In this document: in pieces, positions 49,782 through 59,538 of the stretch | Position numbering within the stretch: position 1 is the stretch's first letter | Layout of the letters: the number at the start of each line of letters is the position of its first letter | Assembly (NCBI GenBank): GCA_963832165.1 | Contig: CAWHTE010000001.1 | Location: 384,001-448,000 of the forward strand | Direction of reading: 5' to 3' | Length of the DNA: 64,000 nt | DNA from: an uncultured delta proteobacterium | Lineage (GTDB): Bacteria > Myxococcota_A > UBA9160 > SMWR01 | Notes under the pieces: model-generated | Database searches by the model: none | What the model saw: the letters and a program-made list of their open reading frames with translations, nothing else | Told to the model about the DNA's origin: nothing | Program-made: the position numbers and the translations under genes

Positions 49782-50651
49782 ATGCAAGGTTCGCGAAGGC
49801 CATCAGCAGTGTGGCGCTCGTTGCTCCAGTTCGGGCTGCTCGGGGCCGCGCTGTTCGCGGCCGACCGCCTCTGGTGGCGCGCTTCGCCGGACCCCGTGGT
49901 GATTCCGGCCGCACGCGCTGCAGAGGCCGACGACGAGCTGCTCTACCGCGCGGCGCTCGCACGCGGCTACGAACGCGACGACCCGGTGGTCTTTCGCCGC
50001 CTCGTCCAGAATCTGCGCTTCGCGGGCGCGCCCGAGGCGCGCGATGACGGCGCTCTGTTCGACGACGCGCTCGCGCTGCGCATGCACGAGAGCGACCCGG
50101 TCGTGCGGCGCCGGCTGATCCAGCGCATGCGCCAGGATCTCGAAGACGAGGCGTCGAGCGCCGATCCCGAGGAAGCCACCTTGCGCGACTACTACGAGCG
50201 CGACGCGGCGAGCCGGCTGCGCCCCGAGCGCGTCCGGCTCACGCAGATCTATTTCCGCACGGAGCGCGAGCGCGACGCGCGCAAGCTGCTCGCGCGGCTG
50301 CGCGCCGGAACCGAGCCGGAGCGCGTGCCGGGTCTCGGCGATCCGTTCCTGCTCGGCCCCGAGCAGCCGCTCCAGTCGCGCGACGAGCTCGCGAATCGCT
50401 TCGGCGCACCATTCGCGGAGGGCGCGTTCGCGGCGCCGCCGGGGATCTGGTCGGGACCGATTCCCTCGGCTTACGGCGTGCATCTCGTATTCGTCCACGA
50501 GCGCGAGGCCGCGCGCCCCCTCGCGTTCGAGGAGGTGCGCGATGCGCTGCGGCACACAGTGATCGCGGAACGGCGTCAGGCTGCGCTCGAGCGCGGCTTG
50601 CGCGCGCTGCGCGAGCAGATCCCGATCGTGATCGAGCCGCCGGCGCGTTAG
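49782..50651 (+). CDS. PpiC/rotamase-type peptidyl-prolyl isomerase family protein
   Basis: N-terminal TM, DPVVRRRLIQRM, GDPFL, FG..FA, WSGPIPSAYGVHLV. Confidence 0.8.
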   Translation: MQGSRRPSAVWRSLLQFGLLGAALFAADRLWWRASPDPVVIPAARAAEADDELLYRAALARGYERDDPVVFRRLVQNLRFAGAPEARDDGALFDDALALRMHESDPVVRRRLIQRMRQDLEDEASSADPEEATLRDYYERDAASRLRPERVRLTQIYFRTERERDARKLLARLRAGTEPERVPGLGDPFLLGPEQPLQSRDELANRFGAPFAEGAFAAPPGIWSGPIPSAYGVHLVFVHEREAARPLAFEEVRDALRHTVIAERRQAALERGLRALREQIPIVIEPPAR

Positions 50652-50660
50652 GTCACTCCG

Positions 50661-51545
50661 TCACTCGAGCAGGTTCGCGCGCAGCCGCTCGCGCAGCGCG
50701 GCATCGATCCCGAGCGCGTCGTGCAGATAGTTCTCGGTCCCGCCATGCGCTTCGTCGATCGCCGCGAACGCCGAGTCCAGATAGCGTTCGCGCGCCTCGA
50801 ACAGCGGGCGCAGGTCGTCGGGGTGGGCGCGAAACAGCGACATGATCCGGATCACGCGCAGCACCCCGGCCGTCTTCTCCCGGGTGAGCTCGTTCGTGAG
50901 CAGGTAGTCGCGCATCGCCGTCTCGCGCGGGACTTCCAGTGCGAGCAGCACCAGCGCAGCGGCAAAGCCCGTGCGGTCCTTGCCCGCGGTGCAGTGGAAC
51001 AGCGTGGGCACGTTCGCGGGCTCGGCGAGATCGCGCAGGAATTGCGCGTAGACCGGACGGAACTCGTCCACGAACGCGCGGTTGCCCTCGACGAGCCAGC
51101 CTGCGGCCTGCTCGGCGGAGACCTCGCCCGCGAGCAACCGGTCCTGGAGCTGGCTCGGATCGAGTCCGGCCCCGGAGATCGGCTGCCACACCACCTGTAC
51201 GTCCGCGGGCAGGCGGTCGGGATCGCGCTCGCGCTCCGCTGCGGACCGGAAGTCCACCGCGCGGCGGAGCTTGAGCCGCGCGAGATACGCGACGTCCTCG
51301 TCGCTGAGATCGGCGAGCGCGTCGGAGCGGTAGAGCGCGCCCCAGCGCAGGGTCCGGCCATCGCGCGTCGCATAGCCACCCAGGTCGCGCAGGTTCGCGG
51401 CGCCGTCCACGGGCAGGCGACGATGTGCCTCGCGAGCGTCACGCGGCAGCTCGGCCGGGATCGCGCGCTGCGATGCCGGCAGCGAATCGCTGCACGCGAA
51501 CAGGGCGAGCAACGGAAGCGCGAGCGAGATCGAGCGACGGAGCAT
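50661..51545 (-). CDS. Tyrosine-protein phosphatase family (IphP/Y_phosphatase3-like) lipoprotein
   Basis: Lipobox LFAC; NLRDLGG; P-loop HCTAGKDRTG; DYLLTN. Confidence 0.88.
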   Translation of the reverse strand: MLRRSISLALPLLALFACSDSLPASQRAIPAELPRDAREAHRRLPVDGAANLRDLGGYATRDGRTLRWGALYRSDALADLSDEDVAYLARLKLRRAVDFRSAAERERDPDRLPADVQVVWQPISGAGLDPSQLQDRLLAGEVSAEQAAGWLVEGNRAFVDEFRPVYAQFLRDLAEPANVPTLFHCTAGKDRTGFAAALVLLALEVPRETAMRDYLLTNELTREKTAGVLRVIRIMSLFRAHPDDLRPLFEARERYLDSAFAAIDEAHGGTENYLHDALGIDAALRERLRANLLE

Positions 51546-51636
51546 GCGCGGCACGTTACCGGAATCCCCCGCGCGGCACTGGCAGGGCCGCGCGCACGAC
51601 CGTAGGCTCGCGAGCGGGACGCGATGGAGGTCTCGG

Positions 51637-52236
51637 ATGCGGATCGCGGGTCTCGCGCTCGTCTCGATCGCAGTTCTCTCGCTCGCGTGCGCGAGCGTGC
51701 GTGTGCGCACGGACTACGACGACGCGATCGATTTCTCGAAGCTGAAGAGCTTCGCCTGGCTCGATCCGCCGCTTCGCGAAGCCTCGCGAGACGAGGGCGG
51801 GCAGGGCGGGGATCCCTTCACGCAGAACACGCTGCTCGACAAGCGCGTGCGAGACGAGGTCGAGGGGTGGCTGCTGTCCCACGGCTACCGCCTGGCCGGC
51901 GAGCGCGAGGAGCCCGACTTCCTGCTGCGCTACGAGTTCACGTCGCGCGAGGTCTACCGCGATTCGCCCGTGACCGTCAGCGGCGGGTTCGGCAGCTATG
52001 GCTCCGGAGTCGGCATCGGATCGGGCGTCGGCTACTCGCCGTCCGGGGGCTCTCAGGAGGGGACGCTGATCCTCGACGTGATCGACCCCGCCACCGAGCA
52101 GCTCTCGTGGCGAGGCTGGGGCACCACGCAGTTGCGCGACAGTCACATCGGGCCCGAGCGGATCCGCGAGACAGTCGGTGCAGTCCTCGAGCGCTTCCCG
52201 CCCAAGCCGAAGCGCGGCGGAAGGTCTGGCGACTAG
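51637..52236 (+). CDS. DUF4136 family lipoprotein
   Basis: Lipobox SLAC; DYD..DFSKLKSFAW; EGTLILDVID..LSWRG. Confidence 0.85.
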   Translation: MRIAGLALVSIAVLSLACASVRVRTDYDDAIDFSKLKSFAWLDPPLREASRDEGGQGGDPFTQNTLLDKRVRDEVEGWLLSHGYRLAGEREEPDFLLRYEFTSREVYRDSPVTVSGGFGSYGSGVGIGSGVGYSPSGGSQEGTLILDVIDPATEQLSWRGWGTTQLRDSHIGPERIRETVGAVLERFPPKPKRGGRSGD

Positions 52237-52280
52237 CAGCTCCGCGGCGCTGGCGGTCCAGTTCGGGCACAATCCGCCGC

Positions 52281-53048
52281 ATGGGTGAGCAGAGCGCGGC
52301 AGTCGAGACGGTGCGCGGCTGGATCTCCGCCGCGCAGCGGATCGTCGTGTTGACGGGCGCCGGTATCTCCACCGACTCGGGCATCCCGGACTTCCGCGGG
52401 CCGCAGGGGCTGTGGACGAAGAACCCCGAGGCGGAGAAGATGGCCACGATCGGCCACTACATGGCCGATCCCGAGGTGCGCAAGCGCTCCTGGCGCATGC
52501 GCCTCGAGATGGGGATCGACCGCCTCGAGCCCAATCCCGGGCACCGCGCGCTCGCGCTGCTCGAGCAGCGCGGCGTGCTCCACACGCTGATCACGCAGAA
52601 CGTCGACGGGCTGCATCAGAAGGCCGGCCTGTCGCGGGACCGGATGGTCGAGATCCACGGCACGCTCACCGAGGTGATGTGCATGGAGTGCAACGAGCGT
52701 GCGCCGATCGATCGCGCGCTCGCGCGCGTGCGCGCGGGCGAGGAGGATCCCGCTTGCCGCAGCTGCGGCGGGATCCTCAAGTCGGCGACGATCTCGTTCG
52801 GGCAGAGCCTCGTGATGGACGACCTGCGGCGCGCAGAACGCGCGGCCCTCGGCTGCGATCTGCTGCTCGCGGTCGGCACCACGCTCGCCGTCTACCCGAT
52901 CGCGGGCGTCGTCCCGATTGCCAAGCAGGCCGGTGCGCGGATCGTGATCCTGAACGCCGAGCCGACCGAGATGGACGATCTCGCCGACGCGGTGCTGCGC
53001 GGCTCGATCAGCGAGATCCTGCCGCGCCTCGTGGCTCCCGCGAGCTAG
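52281..53048 (+). CDS. cobB: Sir2 family NAD-dependent protein deacylase
   Basis: TGAGISTDSGIPDFRG, TQNVDGLHQ, EIHG, two CxxC. Confidence 0.92.
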   Translation: MGEQSAAVETVRGWISAAQRIVVLTGAGISTDSGIPDFRGPQGLWTKNPEAEKMATIGHYMADPEVRKRSWRMRLEMGIDRLEPNPGHRALALLEQRGVLHTLITQNVDGLHQKAGLSRDRMVEIHGTLTEVMCMECNERAPIDRALARVRAGEEDPACRSCGGILKSATISFGQSLVMDDLRRAERAALGCDLLLAVGTTLAVYPIAGVVPIAKQAGARIVILNAEPTEMDDLADAVLRGSISEILPRLVAPAS

Positions 53049-53060
53049 TCGTCCGAAGAA

Positions 53061-53094
53061 TCGTCCCCGGGACGAGACGGCGCGCTCGTATAAT
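53061..53094 (+). promoter_or_regulatory. Candidate promoter of the acyl-CoA ligase with upstream palindrome
   Basis: TATAAT 53089-53094; TCGTCCC-C-GGGACGA at 53061-53075. Confidence 0.35.
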
Positions 53095-53130
53095 CCTCGG
53101 GCGGGGGAGTGCCGGTGCGGGAGCCAGTCG

Positions 53131-54688
53131 ATGCGCCTCCACGATTTACTCGAGTACTGGGCGCGCACGACGCCCGCCGCCACTTTTGCGGAGTTTCGCG
53201 GCGCGCGGCTCTCCTACGCCGAAGCCGACGCGCGCGCGAACCGGATCGCGCACGCGCTCGCGGCTGCGGGGCTCGAGGTGGGCGAACGCGCGGCGATCCT
53301 CGCCAAGAACAGCCTCGACTACGCGCTGTTCTATTTCGCCGCCTCGAAGGCGGGCGTGGTGCCGGTTCCGCTCAACTACCGCCTCGCGCCGCCCGAGTGG
53401 TCGTTCATCCTCGGCGACGCGGGTGCGAAGGTGCTGATCGCCCAGAGCGAACTCGCCCAAGCGATCGATCCCGTGCGCGGTGAGCTATCGGCACTCAAGC
53501 GCGTGATCGCGATCGGCGCGGCGCCCGCGGGCTGGGAGGAATGGGAGACGTTCCTCGCCGGTCATCCCGAGACGCCGCTCGAACGCGCTGTCGCCGAAGA
53601 CGATGACGTCTACCAGATGTACACGAGCGGAACGACAGGCCGGCCGAAGGGAGCCGTGATCCAGCAGCGCGCGCTATGCGAGAACGCGGCTCAATTCGGA
53701 ACGACGGTCGCGTGCACTCCGGGCGAACGCTCGCTGATCGTCGCGCCCTACTACCACGCAGCCGCGATGATCATCACCACTGTCACCGTGCGCGCGGGTG
53801 GCACCCTCGTGATCCACGAGGACTTCGTCCCGTCCGACGCCGTGCGCGCGCTCTCGGAGGACCGGATCCACGTCGCGCTGCTCGTTCCCGCGATGATCCA
53901 GTTCTGTCTGACGGCGGTACCCGACGTCGCGCAGCGCAGCTACGACGACCTGCGCCTGATCCTCTACGGCGCGTCGCCGATCTCCGAGACCGTGCTGCGG
54001 CGCGCGATCGAGGTGTTCGGCTGCGGCTTCGTGCAGGCGTACGGGATGACCGAGTTCACCGCGATCGCGACCTGCCTCCTGCCCGCTGATCACGAGCGCG
54101 CGCTGCGCGACAAGCCGCGCCTGTTGCTCTCGTGCGGCCGACCTCTCATGGGGGCCCAGGTGCGCGTGGTCGACCGCGACGGTCGCCCGGTTCCGATCGA
54201 CACGATCGGCGAGATCCAGATCCGCGGGGCTTCGCTGATGCGCGGCTACTGGAATCGGCCCGAGGCGAACGCGGAGTCGCTGCGCGGCGGCTGGATGCAC
54301 ACGGGCGACGCGGGGTCGTTCGACGACGAGGGCTACCTCTACGTGCAGGACCGCGTGAAGGACATGATCGTATCGGGTGGCGAGAACGTGTATCCGCGCG
54401 AGATCGAAGACGTTCTGTTCCGCCACCCCGAGATCGCAGACGCGGCGGTGATCGGAGTGCCCGACGAGGAGTGGGGCGAGGTGGTGAAGGCGATCGTGGT
54501 ACCGGCCGCGGGCTGTGCGCCGACCGCCGCGCAGAGTCATCGACTTCTGCCGCGGGCAACTCGCCGGCTACAAACGCCCCCGCTCGGTCGATTTCGTTGC
54601 GGCGCTGCCGCGCAATCCGAGCGGCAAGGTTCTCAAGCGCGAGCTGCGAGCGCCTCATTGGAAGGGTCGCCAGCGCGGAGTGAACTAG
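53131..54688 (+). CDS. Long-chain acyl-CoA synthetase (frameshift ~54535)
   Basis: [35 protein letters not shown]; shifted frame gives [25 protein letters not shown]. Confidence 0.9.
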
Positions 54689-54911
54689 GAAAGCCCGTCT
54701 CGAGCGGGCGACGAGAGAAACGCCTCGCCTGAGCGGCCTCGATTGGGGTACGCTCGTAGGGTCCGCGGCCGAATCGGAGAGCCGCTGCGCGCGCCCGCCT
54801 CGGGCCAACGGCTCCCGGACCGATGCGATCGCTTCCACGCGGTCGACTCCCCGGCTCGCCACGGCAGTCAACCGAACTACCGGAGCAACCGGTGAACAGG
54901 GAGGTGGCTGC

Positions 54912-55460
54912 ATGGATCGCCACGCAGTCGAGGAATATTTCCGGAAGAATCCGCCCAGCAACCGCGTAGACGTGAAGGAGCTGCTCGACCGCTGCGAGCG
55001 CGCGGTGGAACGACATGCACGGGAGGACGCCTGGCTCGCCGCCAAGGCCTATGCCCTCGACCGCGCGAAGCGATGGCAATCGGAATGGAGCCAGCCCGCG
55101 AGCGAGCGCTTCGTGACCAACGAGGTGTGCCACGAGCTGGCCTGGGAGCTCGAGCACCACGAACCCGCCGTCCAACCCGGTGCGGAAGAACACCTGGTCG
55201 GTCGGCTCGTGAAGGAAGCGCTTCCGGACGACGCCTGGGAGGTGATCCGACAGTGGGTGCTCGCGCTCGCTGCTGAAGAGGAGCACCGCGCGTGGCGGGA
55301 GATCGTCGACTTCACCGATCACCGCGCGCGACACATCATCAAGCAAGAGGGCTTCAACCGCGATTCGACCTGGGAGGACGACCACCAGTACACGGCGATC
55401 GCGGCCCACGTGGCCCGGATCCTCGCTCACGAGTACTCGCTGCACGCCCATCCGCGCTGA
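54912..55460 (+). CDS. Hypothetical helical His/Glu-rich protein
   Basis: GGAGG RBS, coding-like codon pattern, no recognised family. Confidence 0.7.
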   Translation: MDRHAVEEYFRKNPPSNRVDVKELLDRCERAVERHAREDAWLAAKAYALDRAKRWQSEWSQPASERFVTNEVCHELAWELEHHEPAVQPGAEEHLVGRLVKEALPDDAWEVIRQWVLALAAEEEHRAWREIVDFTDHRARHIIKQEGFNRDSTWEDDHQYTAIAAHVARILAHEYSLHAHPR

Positions 55461-55520
55461 TCGGCCGCGCCGCTGCGAGCACTCTTGCGTTTCGCTGCGG
55501 TCGCGGACCAGAATGCGGGG

Positions 55521-55850
55521 ATGCTCGACGATCTCGACGCGAGTCAGCGTCTCCAGCTGATCAAGTTCGTGTGCTCGTTCGCCTGGGCCGATCTCGAGGT
55601 GAGCGCGGAGGAGCGCTCGTTCGTCGCCCGGCTGGTCGAGCGCCTCCAGCTCGACCCGCGCGAGCAGCGCGAGGTTCGCGGCTGGCTCGACCGACCGCCG
55701 CCGCTCGACAGCGTCGATCCGATGACGATCCCGCCCATGCACCGCAAGAGCTTCCTCGCCGCGATCCAGGGCGTGGTCGCTGCGGACGGCGAGATCACCG
55801 CCGAGGAGCGCGAGACCCTCGCTGTGCTCGAAGACCTGCTCTCCGCCTGA
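55521..55850 (+). CDS. TerB family protein
   Basis: AWADLEVSAEE and AADGEITAEE motifs. Confidence 0.8.
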   Translation: MLDDLDASQRLQLIKFVCSFAWADLEVSAEERSFVARLVERLQLDPREQREVRGWLDRPPPLDSVDPMTIPPMHRKSFLAAIQGVVAADGEITAEERETLAVLEDLLSA

Positions 55851-55875
55851 GCGGCCAGCGGCTAGAATCGCGCCC

Positions 55876-56244
55876 ATGAAACCCATCCAGATCGTCACCG
55901 ACTTCTGCAACGCCGTGCCGAGCCGCAACGTGGAGGAGCTGGTCGGCTTCTTCAGCGACGACGCGGTCTACCACAACATTCCGATCGCCCCGGTCCAGGG
56001 GCGCGAGGCGATCGCGGCCACGCTCCGCGGCTTCCTCGACCCCGCCACCGAGTGCGCGTTCGAGGTGCTCTCGATCGCGGGCGAAGGGCGCAAGGTGCTC
56101 ACGGAGCGCGTCGACCGCTTCACGATCAACGGCAAGAACATCGCGATCCCCGTGATGGGCACGTTCGAGATCGACGCGCAGGGCAAGATCAGCGCCTGGC
56201 GCGACTACTTCGACCTCGCGCAGTTCACCAAGCAGATGAGCTGA
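55876..56244 (+). CDS. Limonene-1,2-epoxide hydrolase / NTF2-like protein
   Basis: YHNIP, VLTERVD, PVMGTFE, WRDYFD. Confidence 0.88.
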   Translation: MKPIQIVTDFCNAVPSRNVEELVGFFSDDAVYHNIPIAPVQGREAIAATLRGFLDPATECAFEVLSIAGEGRKVLTERVDRFTINGKNIAIPVMGTFEIDAQGKISAWRDYFDLAQFTKQMS

Positions 56245-56246
56245 GT

Positions 56247-57110
56247 ATGAGTGCTCGACTCGTGAACGCGGGCGGCCGCGCCGGACTCTGCATGGGCGAC
56301 CAGATCGTGGACGTCGAGCGCAGCGCCGCGGGTCGCTTCGGCTCCGATCCGATGCAGGTGCTCGCGCGTTGGGACGAGTTCCGCAGCTGGGCGCAGGGGG
56401 TCCGCGCGGGTTCCGGTGATGCGCCGCTCGACGAGGCGTCGCTGGGTCCGTGCGTGCCGCGGCCGACCAAGGTGTTCGGGATCGGGCTCAACTACCGCTC
56501 CCATGCGGCCGAGGCGAAGCTCGAGCTGCCGAAGCAACCGCTCGTGTTCACGAAGTTCCCGAACTGTCTGGTCGGGCCGCGCGCGGACGTCGTGCTGACC
56601 TCCGAGCGCGTCGACTACGAGGTCGAGCTGGTCGTGGTGATCGGCCGCGGCGGACGCCGGATCGACGAGTCGCGCGTGCGCGATCACGTGGCGGGCTACT
56701 GCGTCGGCCAGGACATCTCCGACCGCGCGCTCCAGTTCGCCGACAAGCCGCCGCAGTTCTCGATGGGCAAGTCGGCCGACACGTTCGGCCCGATCGGACC
56801 GGCCGTGGTATCGCTCGACGCGTTTGCCGACCCCGACGACCTGCCGCTCTGGTGCGAAGTCTCGGGGCAGCGGCTCCAGGAGGATCGGACGAGCAACATG
56901 ATCTTCGCGGTCGCCGAGCTCGTCGCCTACCTCTCGCGCTTCTGCACGCTCGAACCCGGCGATCTGATCTTCACGGGGACGCCCGCAGGAGTCGGCAGCG
57001 TGCGGGATCCGCGCCGCTACCTCGCACCCGGCGACGAGATCGTGAGCGGTATCGAAGGCATCGGCCAGCTGCGCAACCGCTGCATCGAAGGCGAGCGAAG
57101 AACAGCCTGA
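56247..57110 (+). CDS. Fumarylacetoacetate hydrolase family protein
   Basis: IGLNY..H, DYEVEL, DISDR, GKS.DTFGP, GDLIFTGTP. Confidence 0.9.
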   Translation: MSARLVNAGGRAGLCMGDQIVDVERSAAGRFGSDPMQVLARWDEFRSWAQGVRAGSGDAPLDEASLGPCVPRPTKVFGIGLNYRSHAAEAKLELPKQPLVFTKFPNCLVGPRADVVLTSERVDYEVELVVVIGRGGRRIDESRVRDHVAGYCVGQDISDRALQFADKPPQFSMGKSADTFGPIGPAVVSLDAFADPDDLPLWCEVSGQRLQEDRTSNMIFAVAELVAYLSRFCTLEPGDLIFTGTPAGVGSVRDPRRYLAPGDEIVSGIEGIGQLRNRCIEGERRTA

Positions 57111-57739
57111 TGGCGATCGTTCTCGTGCGGCACGGCGAGACCGCGGGCAACGCGCAGCGCGTGCTCCAGCATCCGGAGACGCCACTCTCGGAGCGCGGGC
57201 TCGCCCAGGCGCGCCGGGTGGCGGAGCGCCTCGCGCTCACGCGCGTCGCCGAAATCGTCGCGAGTGACTACGCGCGCGCTCTCACCACCGCCGAGCTGAT
57301 CCGCGACGCGTGCGGTGCGCCGCTCGCGATCGATCCCGAGCTGCGCGAGCGCAACTTCGGCGACCTGCGCGGCCGCGCGTACGCCGAGCTCGGGTTCGAT
57401 CCGTTCGCCCCCGGCTACCACCCGCCCGCCGGCGAGAGCTGGGACGACCTTCACCAGCGCGTCGACCGGATGTGGGAGCGCGTGAGCCCGCGCGCGGCCG
57501 GCCTCGAGGGCGACCTCGTGCTCGTCACGCACGGGCTGGTCTGCCACTCGCTCTTGTCGAGGCGGATCGACGTCGGCGACGCGACGTTCGCTCCGGCCCA
57601 GTTTCCGAACACCTCGGTCACGATCGTCGAGCCGGCTCCGCCGTGGCGGCTGGTGCTGCTCGGCTGCGTCGCGCATCTCGATGCCGAGCTCGCACGCGAC
57701 GCACGCGCGCGATCCGGCCTCGATGCTATTCGCCCGTGA
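57110..57739 (+). CDS. Histidine phosphatase family protein
   Basis: LVRHGET, LRER.FG, LVTHG. Confidence 0.9.
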   Translation: MAIVLVRHGETAGNAQRVLQHPETPLSERGLAQARRVAERLALTRVAEIVASDYARALTTAELIRDACGAPLAIDPELRERNFGDLRGRAYAELGFDPFAPGYHPPAGESWDDLHQRVDRMWERVSPRAAGLEGDLVLVTHGLVCHSLLSRRIDVGDATFAPAQFPNTSVTIVEPAPPWRLVLLGCVAHLDAELARDARARSGLDAIRP

Positions 57740-58061
57740 GGCGAAGGTCGGCTGCGCCGCCGAGGTGCTCCGGGGTGATCACGTAGTCGCCCCCCACGGA
57801 CGTGGTCACCACCGCCATCGCGGCATCGCGGTCGCCCCAGGTCCAGATGAACGACCCGCTGCCGAGCGCGATCCCGCTCGCGGCGTAGAGCAGCTTGAAT
57901 GGGCAATACACCAGGCTGATCAGAGCGGCGGTCGCACCCAGTCCGCCTTCGCGGAGCAGGCTTGGGTTCTCCATGCGCGCTGCCGCGGGAGATCCCGCGA
58001 GCGACGCGGCGACCGCGAGGAGCGCCGATCCACGCCGCAAGGGCGAAGAGCGCTGAGTCAC
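57726..58061 (-). CDS. Small exported/membrane hypothetical protein
   Basis: Signal-like N-terminus, hydrophobic LVYCPFKLLYA, GGDYVITPEHL. Confidence 0.55.
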   Translation of the reverse strand: MTQRSSPLRRGSALLAVAASLAGSPAAARMENPSLLREGGLGATAALISLVYCPFKLLYAASGIALGSGSFIWTWGDRDAAMAVVTTSVGGDYVITPEHLGGAADLRLTGE

Positions 58062-58156
58062 GGTGGCATCCCTTCCGGGGGGGATGACCCGGCGCAGTGT
58101 AGGGCGGCGCTGGACGCCTCGCACCTGCCGGTGCAAACCCGCGAAATCCCCAGCGA

Positions 58157-58756
58157 TTACGCGGGCTCCGGAATCGGCTCGGCGCCGCGGCGGCGCACCC
58201 GCAACGCGGCGAGGCGCAGTGCGGCCGCCCCCCAGGTCAGCGCGGCGAACGGCAGATACACGCGCGAGATCGCGACGCTCGCCGTCCAGTTGAGCGCGAA
58301 GATGAACCAGATCCAGTGCAGCCCGGCGCGGTGGAGCAGCGCCCATCGGCGCGGGCCCAGCCAGCGCGCGGTGCGGTCGAACGAGGTCGCCGCCATCGCC
58401 GCGATGAGCAGGTAGGCCAGCCCTCCACCCGCGATGGTGACCGGGTCGGCCTCGAATGCGTCGCCGAGCAAGAGCGCGAGCAGCGCAATCGCGAGCCCGT
58501 GCAGACCATGCGCCCACGCGAAGCTGACACCGAGGTAGCGCCGATTGCGCAACAACCAGCGAGTGGCAGGCGATGGGTAGAGCCGGCGCAACGGCGCGGC
58601 CGAGTAGACGACGATGAACACCGCGAACGAGACTCGCACGGTGAAGCGCGTGAGCTCGCGCAGCCCGGGCTCGTCGGTGCCGAACCCGAGCACTCCGGCG
58701 CCGAACAGCGCGGTCTCGATCGCCGCGAGCAGCCAGAACACGCGCCAGCCGTTCAT
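58157..58756 (-). CDS. Ferric reductase-like transmembrane protein (MsrQ-like)
   Basis: RRYLGVSFA..H, ATSFD, W..LH heme-ligand pattern. Confidence 0.75.
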   Translation of the reverse strand: MNGWRVFWLLAAIETALFGAGVLGFGTDEPGLRELTRFTVRVSFAVFIVVYSAAPLRRLYPSPATRWLLRNRRYLGVSFAWAHGLHGLAIALLALLLGDAFEADPVTIAGGGLAYLLIAAMAATSFDRTARWLGPRRWALLHRAGLHWIWFIFALNWTASVAISRVYLPFAALTWGAAALRLAALRVRRRGAEPIPEPA

Positions 58757-58763
58757 GTCGAAG

Positions 58764-59489
58764 TCAGCCTTCGCGCAGGTCGAGCACGGCGCCGTTCGGG
58801 AACGTGTCCTTCTGCACGAGCGCCCAGAGATCGCGCGCGGCGTCGGCGGGGTCGCGCAACGCGCCAGCGCGGTGAAGCTCGCGGAAGCGTTCGACGACCG
58901 GAAACGCTTCCTCGGTCATCGCGCGGATCTGCTCCTGCATCGCCGTCTCGATCACACCCGGCGCCACCGCGAGCACGCGGCAGCGCCCGCCGCGGCGCTT
59001 CTGCTCGGCGCCCGCGGTGCGCACCCATTGGTCGACGGCCGCTTTGCCGGCGCCGTACGCAGACCAGCCCTCGTAGACGTTGCTCGCTGCGCCCGAGCTG
59101 ATGAACAGCAGCGTGCAGGGCGTTTCGGTTTCCGATGCGGCGTGCAGGAACGCATCGCCGAGCGCCTGGGGCGCCGCCGAGTTGAGCAGCACCTGGCGCG
59201 CATAGCCCGCCGCATCGACCTCCCCGGCGAAGCCGATCGGGTCGAGCGTTCCCGCGCTGTGCACGAACACCACGCGTTCACCCGCGAATCCCTTCATCTC
59301 GGATGCGAACAGGTTCGCGACGCGGCTCCACTCGGCCGGATCGGCGAGATCGGCGGGGAAGTGCTCGACGCCGGCCGCCCCGCGCCGGCTGATGTCGATC
59401 ACGCGCGCGCCCGCGTACGGCACCGCGCGCGCCATCGCGAGCCCGATTCCGCTCGATGCGCCGGAAATGAAGATCAGATGATCACTCAC
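58764..59489 (-). CDS. Short-chain dehydrogenase/reductase (benzil/sepiapterin reductase-like)
   Basis: ISGASSGIG, ISSGAA, YGAGK, PGVIETAMQ. Confidence 0.88.
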   Translation of the reverse strand: MSDHLIFISGASSGIGLAMARAVPYAGARVIDISRRGAAGVEHFPADLADPAEWSRVANLFASEMKGFAGERVVFVHSAGTLDPIGFAGEVDAAGYARQVLLNSAAPQALGDAFLHAASETETPCTLLFISSGAASNVYEGWSAYGAGKAAVDQWVRTAGAEQKRRGGRCRVLAVAPGVIETAMQEQIRAMTEEAFPVVERFRELHRAGALRDPADAARDLWALVQKDTFPNGAVLDLREG

Positions 59490-59538
59490 GCGCGGCAGTA
59501 TACTGGCGCCCCCCTGTGTACGAGGAGGAGCACACCCC

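Noticed and set aside
54779..54814. Resemblance to ZTP, SAH or glutamine riboswitch fragments
   Set aside because: Only short pieces match; the other conserved elements and expected downstream genes are absent
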